Shown piece by piece: positions 1 through 13,405 of a DNA stretch of 64,000 nt. The notes beneath the pieces were generated by a model that was given only the letters and a program-made list of their open reading frames with translations, ran no database searches and was not told the DNA's origin. The position numbers and the translations under genes are program-made. This DNA is from Paraspadella gotoi (lineage: Eukaryota; Animalia; Chaetognatha), in NCBI GenBank assembly GCA_051294375.1, contig CM119264.1, positions 16,217,245 through 16,281,244 of the forward strand, given 5' to 3'. The number at the start of each line of letters is the position of its first letter. Within the stretch, counting starts at the first letter, position 1.

Positions 1-13
1 TGCCTGGCCGAGA

Positions 14-319
14 TCAGGCGGACTGCAACAAACAGCGCGTATGATCGTGGAGGCCGAGCTGACTTAGAGGCACGTAAATGGAAGCAATTCTGTGCTGGCC
101 ATGGTAGGTGGCGGGCGAGATTGACAGAAAAGGCCGAGATGGCGGAAAATATCCGAGAGGGTGGTAATCTGCCGATGATTGTCCGGAGCGTCCTGGAAGC
201 GTTGGAGGCGTTGGCATCAACTCCAAGGTTTCCGACGGACGAAGCGTATAGATGCAATAGCCACGCCGATGAACGTGAGAGTCGTGCTGCAGAGACGGGA
301 CCTGATAGCCGCGCTGCAT
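14..319 (-). pseudogene. Possible apurinic-like endonuclease fragment of a non-LTR retrotransposon
   Basis: GC-rich island. The ORF has GY..., RRG.CIY.R and RIASIYVP segments loosely resembling LINE APE-endonuclease motifs. Weak. Confidence 0.25.
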
Positions 320-1029
320 TAAGGACAGTCTGAAGCACCGTCAATGGCGGGCGACATTTACTTCGCCGTCAAATCTTGTCTGTGTTGCGGCCGTCCCGAC
401 TGATTCGTTTTCTGTTGTGACTTAGGCCTTGACCATTGAGTTTGTCTTCCGTCGCACAAGCGCGTCGCTGCACTTAATAGCGAACTGGTGAGAGTGGAAG
501 GCGTTTTTGTAGTGACCAATTGGAAATTAGTTCGGTAGAGGCGGAACTATTGAAAGAGCGTTAGTGGAGGTTGAACGCTCTCTTGTTTCGTACGGTCCGC
601 CACCAGGAGGGGGGGGGGGCCCCCCCCTTTTTCCACAAAGGGGAACCCCTGATAAAAAATTTGGAAAAATGCCGCTTGTGGGGGGTTGGGCCCAAAGGTT
701 AAAACCGGAAAGAGGCGCCCGAATTTCTTATTGATTTTGCAAGATGACGTCATAAAAGTTATTCATTTCTTCCTCGAATTGATATGTAAAAACGTAAGTT
801 TATAGTCCCATCCAGCGTCTCTATGAATTTATAATATATATATATTATATATTATTTTTAAGAGCATTCGGATTCGCCTCGGAAAAAACTGAGAAAACTT
901 TGTAAAATTATGTTACATGATATTTTAGGTTAAAGCTTCAAAAACATTACCAAAACGTTTTATCAAAAAAGCCAGCAGAGCTTGCCGCCTGAAAGGAGAC
1001 CGGGTTTTGCAACGAGCGTACGCCAACCA

Positions 1030-2340
1030 ATTGGATGATATCATGGCATTGCTGCGGCTCGACCCTGGAAACTGGCGTACTCAGGGTTCGGATTGATCGT
1101 AACTATGCCAGCCTGGTGCTTAGGGAGGCAAGTCACTTCAAAGTCCTCTGGCAAGACTTTTATATGAGGACATGAGTGGAAGCTTTGGCTCTTATTCCGA
1201 TCTCCTGCATGGGGCAAGTGCAGTCCTCTCTGGTATCCGGAAAGCAGACGATACTATTCTGGCCGGAAAGGGGATGCTGCTGATACCCTTTTGACCCATT
1301 GGAACAGCATACGAAGCGATATCAAGTGAACTTGCGAAATAGGAGGAGAAATGTAAAAATTGCCAAATGCCCTCGATGCTATAAAGGCAAAGAGGGTGGC
1401 TCATTAGAATTTTCTGTTCTATCGCAAACCAACACATACGATCATACATTCCTTTCGATTTGTATGCTCCCTGCCTGTCGCACAATGCTTCGCCATGGTC
1501 AGATTCCCTTACCAGAAGAGCTCAGCTGATTTCCGTCAGACCCCCCGACTCCAGGCCCCGCCGAGCTTCGAGCATTCCAAAAGAGCCTTGGCGCCAACTG
1601 TTACCCTCTGTGGCTGTACGAGAAGGCAAGTTCCGGCTTGAACCTGGCTGAGGGGCATGGCCACCTAGGTGGCTGCCCCATAGTAACTTCTAAAGCAAAG
1701 TTCAACCTCCGCCCCCAGGAGGCACGAAACGAGACCTTGCTGCTAGACCGACCGCTGCCCACCACAGCGCAAGTGGAGATAAGCAGAAGCGTCTCAGGAG
1801 AACGTGGGTCATGTCTCCTCCCCTACCACCAGCGATTCACTGAAGAGCACTGGTGGCGGGTTGCTTGCAAATGCAGGGGATCCCAGTGCAGTGATGACCG
1901 CCCGCTGGCTCCCTACTGAAGCAATTGTTAAACCGAAAGACAAATCCCAACCGAAACACAGGAGCCGTCTACTGGTCGTCCTGTGCAGGAAGGGCAACCC
2001 AAAACCCTCACAGCACATAACGTGGGGCGAGACAGGAAAGTCGCTGACAGATCGTTCGAAAGCAGCAGCACAAAGCCATACGGTGACCCATCGGTAGGTC
2101 ATTGACTTAACCGGCCATTGCCGAGCACATCACGGCAATTCTGGCCATTTCGTTCCAGAGAAACTGACTGTCTCGTGCTGTCCCATGACCAAAACTGTTT
2201 TCCAGAGGTATTAGAGAGGCAAATCTATCATCAAAGCTCTCGAACCCTCTTCTGAACCATGATGGAGGACAATTTGACCTCCGCTCCAACTATGATTCGC
2301 TAGTCCAAATGGTGTGGAAAGGCCCAGGAGCCACCCAACC
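1030..2340 (+). mobile_element. Degraded or error-rich Penelope-like retroelement (RT + thumb + GIY-YIG endonuclease)
   Basis: Frameshifted RT pieces read DDIMALLRL, ..ADDTIL, LEFSV-YRKPTHT and ..YPLW..EK. From ~1620 the sequence is colinear with the element at 30.3-31.0 kb (VKPKDK, GETGKSL, AIAEH, RGIREA, LNHDGGQFDL). Ends at an N-gap. Confidence 0.85.
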
Positions 2341-2365
2341 NNNNNNNNNNNNNNNNNNNNNNNNN

Positions 2366-3075
2366 TCTATCTTCTTCAATAATTAAAAATTAATTAAGCA
2401 TATTAAGCAGCCAAATTTATCATACATATTGGCAAAAGATTGCTCTTTTGAAAAATCTTTTTGAAAATCATTGCTGTTGATAATGATGGTCTATTACAAT
2501 GAACAAGTTCAAATATAGATAAAAAAAAATTATTATGTAATTCTAGTATCATCATTCATTTGTATATTTTATACTATTCCCAGTTAAAAAATTATTTACT
2601 AATGGGTCTGAAATATTGCTCTTTTTCTGGAGATAATGAATATCTATTGTTAAAGCTCATTATGTATATTCGTAAGGTAACCAAGGCTCCTAACATAACG
2701 CTACTACAATTTTTTATAAGCATTTTTCTGGAATTTTTGTCAGATTTCTTCTTTTCCTGACCTTATTGCCTTTCTTGTAGGTGGTTAACACTCATGGAGA
2801 CACTACCTTAGGTCTCCGAGTACCCAAAAACAACTATAGCTAAAAGATTATGAATCAAATATGGCGACGAGTGAAGTAAAAATGATCATAAGTAGGGTGG
2901 GAAGCAAATTAAGCGTGATCTGTCTCTGCGTCATAAGCGCACGGAAGCATTTAAAGATTATTTTATTACTATATAAACTTGAAAATTTTAATTATCAGCA
3001 GATCCTGACTCTATAATTCTCTTTGTCGGTCCACCCCCTCAATATTGTCGGGCACTAATTTATACATCACGCATA
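2366..3075. repeat. ~710-bp direct duplicate of 6720-7440
   Basis: Near-identical sequence starting tctatcttcttcaataattaaaaattaattaagc. Differences are mostly single-base indels, and this copy begins right at a gap. Confidence 0.9.
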
Positions 3076-6000
3076 AGCACGTCGAGTCGGACGCGTTCTA
3101 TAATCGCGTGTTCAAGGGAAAAAAATATCTTGTCGAGTTTCTAGGTCAGTAAGGACATGTCGAGAGGAGTGGAGGAGAATTTTGTGCCGTCCAAGGAGAG
3201 CAGTTCGTATTGTGTTCTGGCTGTGTCAAGGATAAGCGCGGATTCGATTTGTGATAGTGGCAGAACAAGAGAAGAATAAGGCGGAGGCCCTTCAGATGCA
3301 ACAGGATGCGGAAGTGCTAGTGTTTACATCTATCTTTTTGTAAGGATATGTCGGCTTCGCGAAGAAAAAAAATTTCGAGCGGATCGAAATTTTTTTCCAG
3401 GCTTTTTTTGGTTCATGACGAAAGCTTGCACCAGTTAGCGCTTAAATACGTTCGCAACTAACGAATGCGTTTGATAGCTTACATGCGTGTTTTTTTGCAT
3501 GGTCTAAAGGTCTGGCTGGAACAAACATAAATCGACCAGAGAATAGCTTGTAGTAGGTATTTAAAGCCATTTTAAAACGGATTACTCCGCGAGCGCGTTT
3601 TCCTGTGGATTTGCTTCTTTTTCGTACTTTACTGTAAAAGTCCTTAAGGAAATTTGTTAGAATTATTACAAGTTTCCTAGCTCTAAAGGACAGATCGCTT
3701 GAAACTCATATTTTCATTAATGCCAAAAAAAAAATATAAATAATGGTCCTCGATACAATATTGAGCATTTATAAAACCGGTCTCTATCGAAAATTGTCCG
3801 TTCATTTGCTATATTTTACAATATTTGCACCTGCATCCCAACAAATAAAGTAAAAGTGTGATTCCAGTATTTGAACTCTAAAAGGTCCTACGGTCTCTTC
3901 CTTTGCGGAACAAAGAAAATTTGGCTAAGGTTCTTGGATATGAAACAAAGCCAGTTAAACATAATTACTACATTTAAGAATTTATGTCAAGTTTAAACTG
4001 CTCCCTCGTCTAGCGCTGATACTAAAAATGAGAACTCGTCCAAAGATACATTTATATTTCAGTTTTGTGTCTTTCGCAAGCGGCTAAGGCTATTTCGCTT
4101 GCCTTTAAAATTATCTCATTAAAAGTCCTAAACCACTGTTTAGTAGCAGGCTTTAAATTTGCCACCTGAAGACGACGTTAATTTTACCATTATTATTTGA
4201 TATATTGGTAGTTCAGTGTTTCTGAACTTCAAATCTGGGGAACAAAGGCGTAGTTTTCATGCGTCTTTCATCGTGAAATTTATTATTTAATGGAGCTGGC
4301 TTTCGCTTTTTTCGCTGTTTTTTCGCTGTTTCCCGTTACTTGTCGGCTCGTTCGTCGCTACTAGTCGCGTCTCGTAAATTCTTACACCGCCTAATCATTC
4401 TAATGCTGATCAGGTCCTCGTTCAAAACCAAATTTCTCGTGTTTTCGTGTCTCAATATCACTTTCTCTCAGTTGGCAGCGCTGTACTGCTGCCATCCAGC
4501 GGCGTAAGCAGCAGCAGCCCTTGCTCCCTCCAAAACTCGAGTTGCCATGGAAATGTGCTCAAACATCAACCTCCCACGTGTTTTTTTTAAGATTATGAAA
4601 TTTATTCGTAAGTATTAATTGGAATGTAAATTTATTTAATATTACTTTTTAATGAAGGTTTCTTAATAAAAATACTTACGTCCGTTTTTTCTGTGAGTCA
4701 GAATCGCGACCATGTTAAAAAATAATATAATAATTTTTCTGCTCGTGAAGACGTCGGCTCATTCGGGATCAGGCCGGACAAGGAAAAAATTCCACCTCAG
4801 AGGCTCATTGGCCGAGGTCCGAGGAAATAGGACAAATCATAACACGCGCGGACAAACTCCAAAGCTTTCGTTTCATAGAAATTTGATAGCGTTTTTTAGT
4901 ATTTACGTTTGAAATAATTTAATGTACAATATTTATCAATGTTATTGCTAGAAACTGCTCAATGTGTATATTGTAATGGTTTACTTGCATTTAGTCAATT
5001 GTTAAATGTAAGTTTGTACATTTTAAACAAACAACGGGGATCAGAGGTAGGGTGAAAGTAACAAATGCTTTCAACCAGCCGTCCGATCGCGATATATATC
5101 AAATTCTGTAACTTTTTCAATTGTCGCTTGTGATTATTACCAGATAATTAACTTTGTTACAATAAAAAGTGCCCCCTTTATGGTGAGCCCGACTTGACGA
5201 TTGTTCAGGAGCTCACGACGCCACGTTCTCTTCCACCGCGCTGGGCACGGCGTGGTTCATCACATCCGATCAAGGCCACCCGGTTTTCCGCGAGGGCACG
5301 ACTGCCGATTTGGCGGGCATGACGAACAGGTAAAAAACTAGAAGTTCTCTCAAATATAAAATAATGGTTAAGGGACTGTTAGAGAATATGAAAATAAAAT
5401 AAAATTTTTAAAATTTATCTTATTGATAAGACGCAGAGACAGATCCGCTTAATTTCATGTGCACGAAAAAAAATTATCGGTCATTGAATTTTACTTTGTC
5501 TGACCATTTTTATTAACAAGCCATCCCTTTCCTGACAGTTATGCTGCGACAAATAACATGCAAAATATGATTTGGCTAGAATGATACAGTAAAATACAGT
5601 GTAAAAGTTAAAATTTGGACTAGATACTTTATTTCTCTGAATTCTTAAACCATAAGCCATAAACGAGTAAGACGATGGGTACAACTGAAAGTATATGTCT
5701 CTAGCATGATTAAAAATTTTTATTTAGTTTTATTTTTGAAATTTACGGTATCTATACAAATAGGATAAATATAGATACTCCCACTTTTGCCGAAATTTTT
5801 ATTTAACAAAAGATTTGTACTGCGTAGTTCAAATCCTTAGTTCTTCACGATGATAAAAAAAGTTATTTTTTTTGCATAACTTTTAAAATAAAAGAGATAG
5901 CGGATGGTGGGCGAGGTATCAAAGTAAAGCCTTAATCATGGGGCACCTTTCTGAACTAGTTTCTATAAATTTTATCCAAAAATTTTAGACAGGATTTGTT

Positions 6001-8205
6001 TTAAAACCTAGTTAAAAGTATAACAGTTTCGGACGTTAAAAATTTTAATGAAGGCATATAAATTTTTTTGTTTTTCTTTCGGTATTTGAAAAAAAGGAAA
6101 GTACTTTAATTACATTTTTGATTACCAATTAAAGCTTTTTTTACTCCATAAATTTACATGTATTTTTTAGTTAAAGTAAAAAAACAAGCAAAATACATAT
6201 AGTAGCATGATAAAATGTTTATTTTTTAAATATGTAAAATTATAAATTAAAAGTTATTTTCAATTTAATATAAACAGTTTTGGTTGTCTACCTTTTTGTT
6301 CTGTGAAAAAATAATCATTTTTCATTTATTTTTAACTGGAAACAAAAAGCTTGACCCACTTGATTTGTTTTATCATATTACGAGTTTTAAAGTAGATATA
6401 GATACAGACATATGTTTTTTAAATTTTATTTTATTTTTAAGTTTTTTTCATTTTTTTATATAAAACATTTAATATTCTCAATTTAAGCAAAGCTTTACTT
6501 CTTTTAAAGGATTTTGGAAAAAAAATATTCGACTTGACCAATGGTCATTCAGAATTTTAGTTTTGCATAAAAATAGAGAATCAAAAAACGAAAAACATCA
6601 GATTGTTCCAAAATCGAATGCCTTGAATCTGATTTTTTTCAAAATGCAAAATTTTGGTTCATAGTCTAGATCTAAAAATTCTGAACACAAAAAATATTTT
6701 TTTTCAAATATTGAATTATTCTATCTTCTTCAATAATTAAAAATTAATTAAGCATATTAAGCAGCCCAAATTTATCATACATATTGGCAAAGATTGCTCT
6801 TTTGAAAAATCTTTTTGAAAATCATTTGCTGTTGATTAATTGCATGGTCTATTACAATGAACAAGTTCAAATATAGATAAAAAAAATTATTATGTAATTC
6901 TAGTATCATCAATTCATTTTATATTTTATACTATTCCAGTTAAAAAATTATTTACTAATGGGTCTGAAATTTTGCTCTTTTTCTGGAGATAATGAATATC
7001 TATTGTTAAAGCTCATTATGTATATTCGTAAGCGTAACCAAGAGGCTCCTAACATAACGCTACTACAATTTTTTAAAGCCATTTTCTGAATTTTTGTCAG
7101 ATTTCTTCTTTTCCTGACCTTATTGCCTTCTGTAGGTGTGGTTAACACTCATGAGACAGCTACCTTAGGTCTCCGAGTACCAAAAAACAACTATAGCTAA
7201 AAGATTATGAATCAAATATGGCGACGAGTGAAGGTAAAAATGATCATAAGTAGGTGGGAAGCAAATTAAGCGTGATCGTGTCTCTGCGTCATAAGCGCAC
7301 GGAAGCCATTTAAAGATTATTTTATTACTATATAAACTTGAAAATTTTAATTATCAGCAGATCCTCGACTCTATAATTCTCTTGTGTCGGTCTCCACCCC
7401 CTCAATATTGTTCGGGCACTAATTATACATCCACGCATTAAAACGCGGGTAAATTTTTTCGGCGAACCGAGTAAACAAAAAAGATTACGGACATCTTCTT
7501 TACCGTTTTTTTTTTTTAAATTTAAATTTTTTTTTTCAGGATTCTTTTTTTCTTTATTTTTTTTCCCCGAAATTTTTTTTTTCAAAGGAATTCATTCCTA
7601 AATTACTAAGGGCTTTTATTAAGATAATTCTATAACAAATACCGAAATTGGTTTATTTCTTTAAACGTTGCATTCAAAATTCAGTCATTGCTATGGTAAG
7701 AAAGAAAGAGTAAGAGGAGGGTGAAGCAGAAGTAGAAAGACTTCGTCGTCGTCTTGGTCGTTGTATTCGTCATCTTTGTTATCATCGTCGTTTTCGCCTG
7801 AGAGTATTTGAGCTTCCAAACCACCGTCAAACCAGAGGTCATCAGAATATTTCTGGAGAATCTAAAATTTATGATAAAAGTAAAAAAAAAGAAGTAAAAA
7901 CAGTAAATTCTTTCTTTAAGGATTTTCTGTAAAACTGTTCTCATTTCGTGCGGGGGCCATACCGTGAGACATATCCATGAATTTCAGTAACGGAGTTGAA
8001 AGGTCTTTTCATCCTCTTTGAATTCGCCGTATGCGAACGAAAAAATTTGTTCAGGGAAAATCAATTAAAACGAAGAAAAGATCACTGAAATCGCGAATTC
8101 CAACGCGGGTAAACGTTTTAAAAACTATTCCTTTTTTCGCGTTTATACCCAGTTTTATGCGTGATGATCATGTCAGACATNNNNNNNNNNNNNNNNNNNN
8201 NNNNN

Positions 8206-8700
8206 CGAATTATGATAAATTATGCAAAAAAAATGTCTGTCCATCCGTCCGTCCGTCCGTCCGTGCATACCACCTTAGCAAAAAACACCAATTACTCGTG
8301 ATTGGATGGATAGATTTGAATAAAATTTTGTGTGTGGGTAGGGAAGTGTGTGATTGAGCTGGATATGAAGTTTCGATGGAATCGTCCGAGTGGAACAAAC
8401 AAAAAAATATATTTCACGATTTGAACACCAATTACTCATGAGTGGATGGGGCGATTGACTTGAAATTTTGTATTTGGGTAGAAAGGTGTGTGATTAAACT
8501 GGAAATCAAGTTTCGATGGAATCGTTTGAGTAGAAATGAGTTTAAATGGAAAAAAACAAAAAACCTGTTTTACTAATTGATTATGCTTCTTTTTTCTTTT
8601 ATATTAAATGTAAATGCAGGATGTATTAATAAATCAAATAATCAATTAGTCAATTAATTAATCAATAATTAATTAATAAGTCAATCAATCAAGTCAATCG
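8206..8700 (+). mobile_element. Helentron/DINE-1 (HINE)-like non-autonomous repeat with (CCGT)n microsatellite
   Basis: tgtccatccgtccgtccgtccgtccg followed by aaattttgtgtgtgggtagg subrepeats. Reverse-complement relatives at ~15670-15760, 56530-56680 and 58790-59530. Confidence 0.6.
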
Positions 8701-9097
8701 TTATCGGCATTATTCTCATCATCGTCATTGCTTTTGTTGTGGTTTGTGACGAAAAGACCTAAAAACAAACATTTGGGATCAAATTAACTAATTAATTGCC
8801 TAATTAAATAATTAACTTGAATTATTTAATTATTAATTAATTAATTACCGATAATGATCATGGGCAGATCCGACATTGTTTGCTCAAACTTGTTTTTAAT
8901 AGATTTTAAAAGTTATGAAAAGGTTATTAATACAAAATCTTTTTGTTTTATTGATACAAATTTTAAAAAAACATAAAATTCAGCCAATGATGATGATAAT
9001 GTTAAGTGGTTTTTTCTATTTTTAACCATTTTATTGTCAAAATTTTTAAAAAAATTGTAGTACTAACGTTTCATTTAACTTTACAAGCTACAAGAAT

Positions 9098-9675
9098 CCG
9101 AGTGGAGTGGACGACGGAACGGACCGTCGCCTTCAACGCCGCCAAAGAAGCTCTCTCCTCCCGCGCCGACCGCTCTCACAGTCGACGCCTCTGTTGTCGC
9201 ACATCGGCGGCGTTTTGGAGCAAAACGTCGGCGGCCATTGGCGTACACTCCGCTTTTTCTCCAAGCCCCTGCAAGAAAAGACAGCAGCGTTATCCTCCTT
9301 ATGATCGGGAACTTCTGGCGGGCCATTTCCGAATACACGACCGATTTCCGCCACATCTCAGGACAAATGCGAACGTTTGAGGATGTCGCGGCGGCGTGGT
9401 CGGCTCAGGACGCCTTACATTTCGCCGCCCTCGCCAAACGACCAGAAGACGGATCCAGACGTTCAGCGCCTCCTCCGGACCGAGAAGACGGCGTTGATTA
9501 CTGAAAGAAGCATCTCTGGACGGCGTCGCAATCATTTACGATCTCGCAACCAGCGTCGCCCGTCCTTGGGTGCCTCGTCAATGGCGCCGGACATTTTTAA
9601 CGCGATCCACACCTGTCTCACCCTGGCATCAAGACGTGCAAGGCGCTGGTCTCTAGAAGATTCGTCTGGCCGCGG
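9098..9675 (+). mobile_element. Ty3/gypsy pol fragment (connection + RNase H + start of integrase Zn-binding region)
   Basis: Frameshifted EWTTERTVAFNAAKEAL, TVDAS, IGGVLEQ, FFSKPL, YDRELLA, FRH, IFNAIH and RFVWP. Confidence 0.85.
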
Positions 9676-9677
9676 AA

Positions 9678-10127
9678 GCCAGGTACTTTGGGAGTGAATA
9701 AATGAGACTGTGAGAGAGTCTTGATTAAAGACTTGTAGGACCTGCTATGTCATTATCTGTAATAGTGATGGAGGCCTTAAACCATCAAAGCCTGTCCAAA
9801 GTCTGGGGCAAGAAAGTGAAGAGACATGATATTTGTTATGTATTTAGTGACAGAACCGTTCAATGTAAGCAGTCCCTGAGCCTGTGGGATCAGGCTGTAA
9901 CACCATGTTACAGGCGGGTTAAGCGCCCCGTCCCTCTTAACTGCCAGACGACCACCGGGCTAGAACCCCGGACCTTTGGGTTGGGAGGCGAATGACTTGC
10001 CTCCGGCACCAATGGCCGCTGATGAACGTCGGCTTGGTGGATTTACTAGATCCACCATCATAAAGACATACGCTTATTTATTAAATGTAATTGGATAATT
10101 GTTATATTGGTTGTACCAATTTTATAG
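9678..10127 (+). repeat. Interspersed ~190-bp repeat family A, interrupted by a SINE
   Basis: gccaggtactttgggagtgaataa...aaagcctgtccaaagtc resumes at ~10072 (cttatttattaaatg...ttggttgtacc). Uninterrupted reverse copies at 17085-17281 and 62525-62715. Confidence 0.8.
9819..10062 (-). mobile_element. tRNA-derived SINE (family B)
   Basis: Minus strand reads gcggccattggtgccggaggcaagtcattcgcctcccaacccaaaggtccggggttctagcccggtggtcg: A/B-box-like head with a CCC anticodon-like loop. Second copy at 10991-11200. Confidence 0.65.
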
Positions 10128-10834
10128 GTTCTCCTCCGCGTTATTCACCACACAAATATTCACACGTCAAACCCCTTGATTAAAATCTGACTCAGCTGTG
10201 GAAGGCAGGTAATTTCTGTTGCGTTCCGAATTATGCAAATAACAGATATTTTGTAAAATATGATTAGCATTGTTAATGAGAAAAAAACCGATAATTAAAT
10301 ATATAAAATAAATGAATGTGAATAAGTACTATTTATTTAAGTTTCCTTTCTTTTTCCTCCAGATTTCGTGTTTGTCTGTATCAGAACACAATCGGATGGC
10401 TGTCTCATAGCAAGCATTTTTTATTTTATTGAAGTTATGTATTAATATTATGAAATTAAATATTGTTATTCCTAATTATTTGATATTAATAAATTTACCC
10501 TTAATTTGACTATATATTTGTCAATGTCAGAATTCCTAAGAGACAGTAAATAATCTCATACCCAAGAGTGGGCAATAGAGTGGAGCACTCGAGAAGAAAA
10601 AAATTATTTGAATGATCGAACAAGGATATTTAGCTGTAAAAGAGTATGATTAACTAGTACAAAAAATATTTTGTTCATATTGTTTCAGGAACAGAATAGT
10701 AAAATATAATATATTTGTAATAATATTCTTATTAAAAAAAATTTAAAAATATTTTTTTTTAAACTTTTAATAAAGATTCAGATTCCTCATAAAAAGTTGA
10801 ATTAAAAATATAAAACATGTTATCAAAAATTCTT

Positions 10835-10950
10835 TGCACCCTCAGCAGCAATGAAACGGGTCCTAGGCTTCGAACCAGGCGGTTTAGGGCTGTCCTCACG
10901 CTTCCCGTAGGTAGTGGAGATTGATCCCAGTACCTACTAGTATTGAGCTG
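10835..10950 (-). mobile_element. SINE family D fragment
   Basis: ccctcagcagcaatgaaacgggtc... matches 46940-47085 and overlaps the tRNA-like head at 15780-15860. Confidence 0.55.
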
Positions 10951-10990
10951 ATGTTTTTATGAAAAAAATTACATCTTTGGTTTTAGAATT

Positions 10991-11200
10991 GAAGAGACAG
11001 TAATAATTGTTATGTGTTAGTGACAGAACCGTTCAATATAAGCAGTCCCTGAGCTTCGGATCAGGCTGTAACACCGTGTTACAGGCGGGTTAAGCACCCT
11101 GTCCCTCTTAACTGCAAGGCGACCACCATTGGGAGGCGAATGACTTGCCTCCGGCACCAATGGCCGCTGATGAACGGTTGGTGGATTTTAGTCCACCATA
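10991..11200 (-). mobile_element. tRNA-derived SINE (family B), internally deleted copy
   Basis: Colinear with 9819-10062 but lacks the B-box segment. Confidence 0.65.
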
Positions 11201-11859
11201 GTATCATAAATTATAAATACTTATAATCTTATAATACTTAAATCTTATACTTGTAAGTACTGAATGCAATAAGTAAAAGCTTATCGGTATACTTATTAAA
11301 ATAAAATATTTAATCATGAATTATATTAAAAAAGATACAAGGCTCGAATATGTTCATTTTACGTCAGACGAAATAATTTAAAAAATAATTATTGAACCAT
11401 GGTTCAATTAACAGACCCTTAGCTTCTGAACAGACTATTTTTATAATATGTAACAATTAGCCAGAAGTCTTAAATAATAAATTTTAGGTCTAATGTCATT
11501 CCTTTCGTATATTTCAACAGACTTGTAAAATTTTTTTAATTTTTTTAATTTTAATTATTGCTTAACAGATAACCCTAGTCATAGGAGGTTCTTTAAATTT
11601 TTAATTATCAAAAAATAACATGAAAAAAATTAAATGGCTACAAAGTTTTTTAAAAGCATGTTTTGTAAATAGCCACAAAAAACGATGCCTTTATGCAGAT
11701 TAAATAATAGCCAAAGATACGTCATCGGCTTACTACACTGTTTCAAGAGTCTTTCAAGACGCATGAGCCAGTGGTAGGAGGAGAGGCGACTGCTGAAGCC
11801 TTCATCAGCGTTAATAAGCAGTCTACATAGGGCTGCTTCATCGTTCGAATCGGAAGTTC

Positions 11860-13030
11860 CGATCAAGTCCTAATTACTTCTTATTCAAAAATCTGCCATA
11901 GTCAAGGCCCATATAAATTATATCAATATGGGTAGATTTCGAAAGCTTGGCGTCTTGGGAAGCCAACGGAGGTAGAGCGCCGGATCGAAAATTCCCATTT
12001 TATCATGCCCAAAAATGGTATTTAAATGAACTGGTCAGGACCGTTTTTTCCCTTTTCCCAAATAACCTGCTTGATCTTTTGCTAAAATAGAACACAATCA
12101 TACATATTTCAGTACGGTTTTGGATAGCTTATTGTCTTCTCTACTAGATAAAAAAAGAAAAGTTTAAAATCTTGCAATCTTGCAAGCTTGATAAAGCAAT
12201 CAAATGAACTGGTTTTTTATGTTGAAAACTGCATAGTCAAGCCTTTCAATTTTTTTTTGTTCTAAGACCATCGAAAGAAACTGTATTGTTTTTTATCTAT
12301 CTGTTTCAAGGTAGAGCGCGGGGCGTAATTTAGAGAGTTTATTATTGAAATTTAGAGCAAATAGAAAGGATTATCAGTTTATTGCACGCTAAAAGCTTTT
12401 TTAAAGCGCGTTCCGGTCTGTATTGAAAATGGTTTTTGACCATCAATTAAAATAAGCAATTGTATCATGCGCGATCCCGGGCCAGATAAATACCATATTT
12501 CAACATGGCTTTACCGTATTTTTACGTTATTAGAACGCCCGGGTCTGCTATGAAATGTTTTTGAATTTTCACGCCCGTGATATTGGCGTTTTCTAAGCGT
12601 CGTTTGTCCCTTGTTAGTGTCTTTATCTTATCTCTTGAAGAGACATTAATTATTGTTATGTGATAGTTGACAAAAACCGTTCAATAAAATCTAAAAGCAA
12701 TAAAGGATCAGAGCCTACTTTTTGATGATAACCAAATATTGATGCGATGAAACCAAATATTGCATGCGATGATAACCAAATATTGATGCGATGATAACCG
12801 AAGTTGATGCGATGATAACCAAATGATGGATGCGATGATAGTCATTCATTGATGCGATGATAATCATTCATTTTAATGCGATTGCTAGTCCTTCACTTGA
12901 TCGGCATGATAATCATTCATTGATGACCGATGATAGTCATTCATTGATGCGATGATTGCATTCATTGATGCGATGCTAGTCATTCATTGACGTGACGTGA
13001 CTTTGAAAAAGTATTGCATATTTTTTTCAA
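11860..13030. repeat. ~1.15-kb direct duplicate of 18365-19500
   Basis: Colinear sequence with indel-type differences. Both copies run into the same 22-bp and 19-bp minisatellites. Confidence 0.9.
12720..12990. repeat. 22-bp minisatellite (gatgcgatgataaccaaatatt / gatgcgatgatagtcattcatt)
   Basis: Visible tandem units. The same unit occurs at 19270-19470, 48238-48390 and 55620-55945. Confidence 0.9.
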
Positions 13031-13405
13031 GTATGCATAACTTTTTTGAAGTATGCATTACTTTTTTTAAAATATGCATACTTTTTCAAGTATGCATACT
13101 TTTTTTCAAAGTATGCATACTTTTTTAAAAGTATGCAATACTTTTTTGAAGTATGCAATACTTTTTTTTTAAATATGCATAATTTTTCAAAGTATGCATA
13201 CTTTTTTTCAAAGTATGCATACTTTGAAAAAATCTGATGCCTACTTTTTTCAAAGTATGCATCTACTTTTTTTTGAAAAGTATGCATTACTTTTTTCAAA
13301 GTATGCCATACTTTTTTCAAAAGTATGGCATACTTTGGAAAAAAGTATGCATACTTTTTTCAATGTATGCATACTTTTTTTCAAAAAGTATGCATACTTT
13401 TTCCA
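13004..13405. repeat. Palindromic ~19-20-bp minisatellite (AAAGTATGCATACTTTTTTC)
   Basis: About 20 tandem units, each centred on the palindrome AAAGTATGCATACTTT. Confidence 0.95.

Noticed and set aside
2907-5455. Transposon bounded by the inverted aaattaagcg(t)gatctgtctctgcgtc repeat
   Set aside because: Only ~25 bp match, no TSD or transposase recognised, and the region is confounded by the 2366/6720 duplication.
2366-7440. LTR retrotransposon bounded by ~710-bp direct repeats
   Set aside because: No TG..CA ends, PBS/PPT or internal pol. The repeat starts at a gap and differs by indels, so an assembly overlap is more likely.
10015-10060. CTGATGA followed by a hairpin (also at 11165 and 16295) as a hammerhead
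   Set aside because: No correctly placed stem II, GAAA and stem III.
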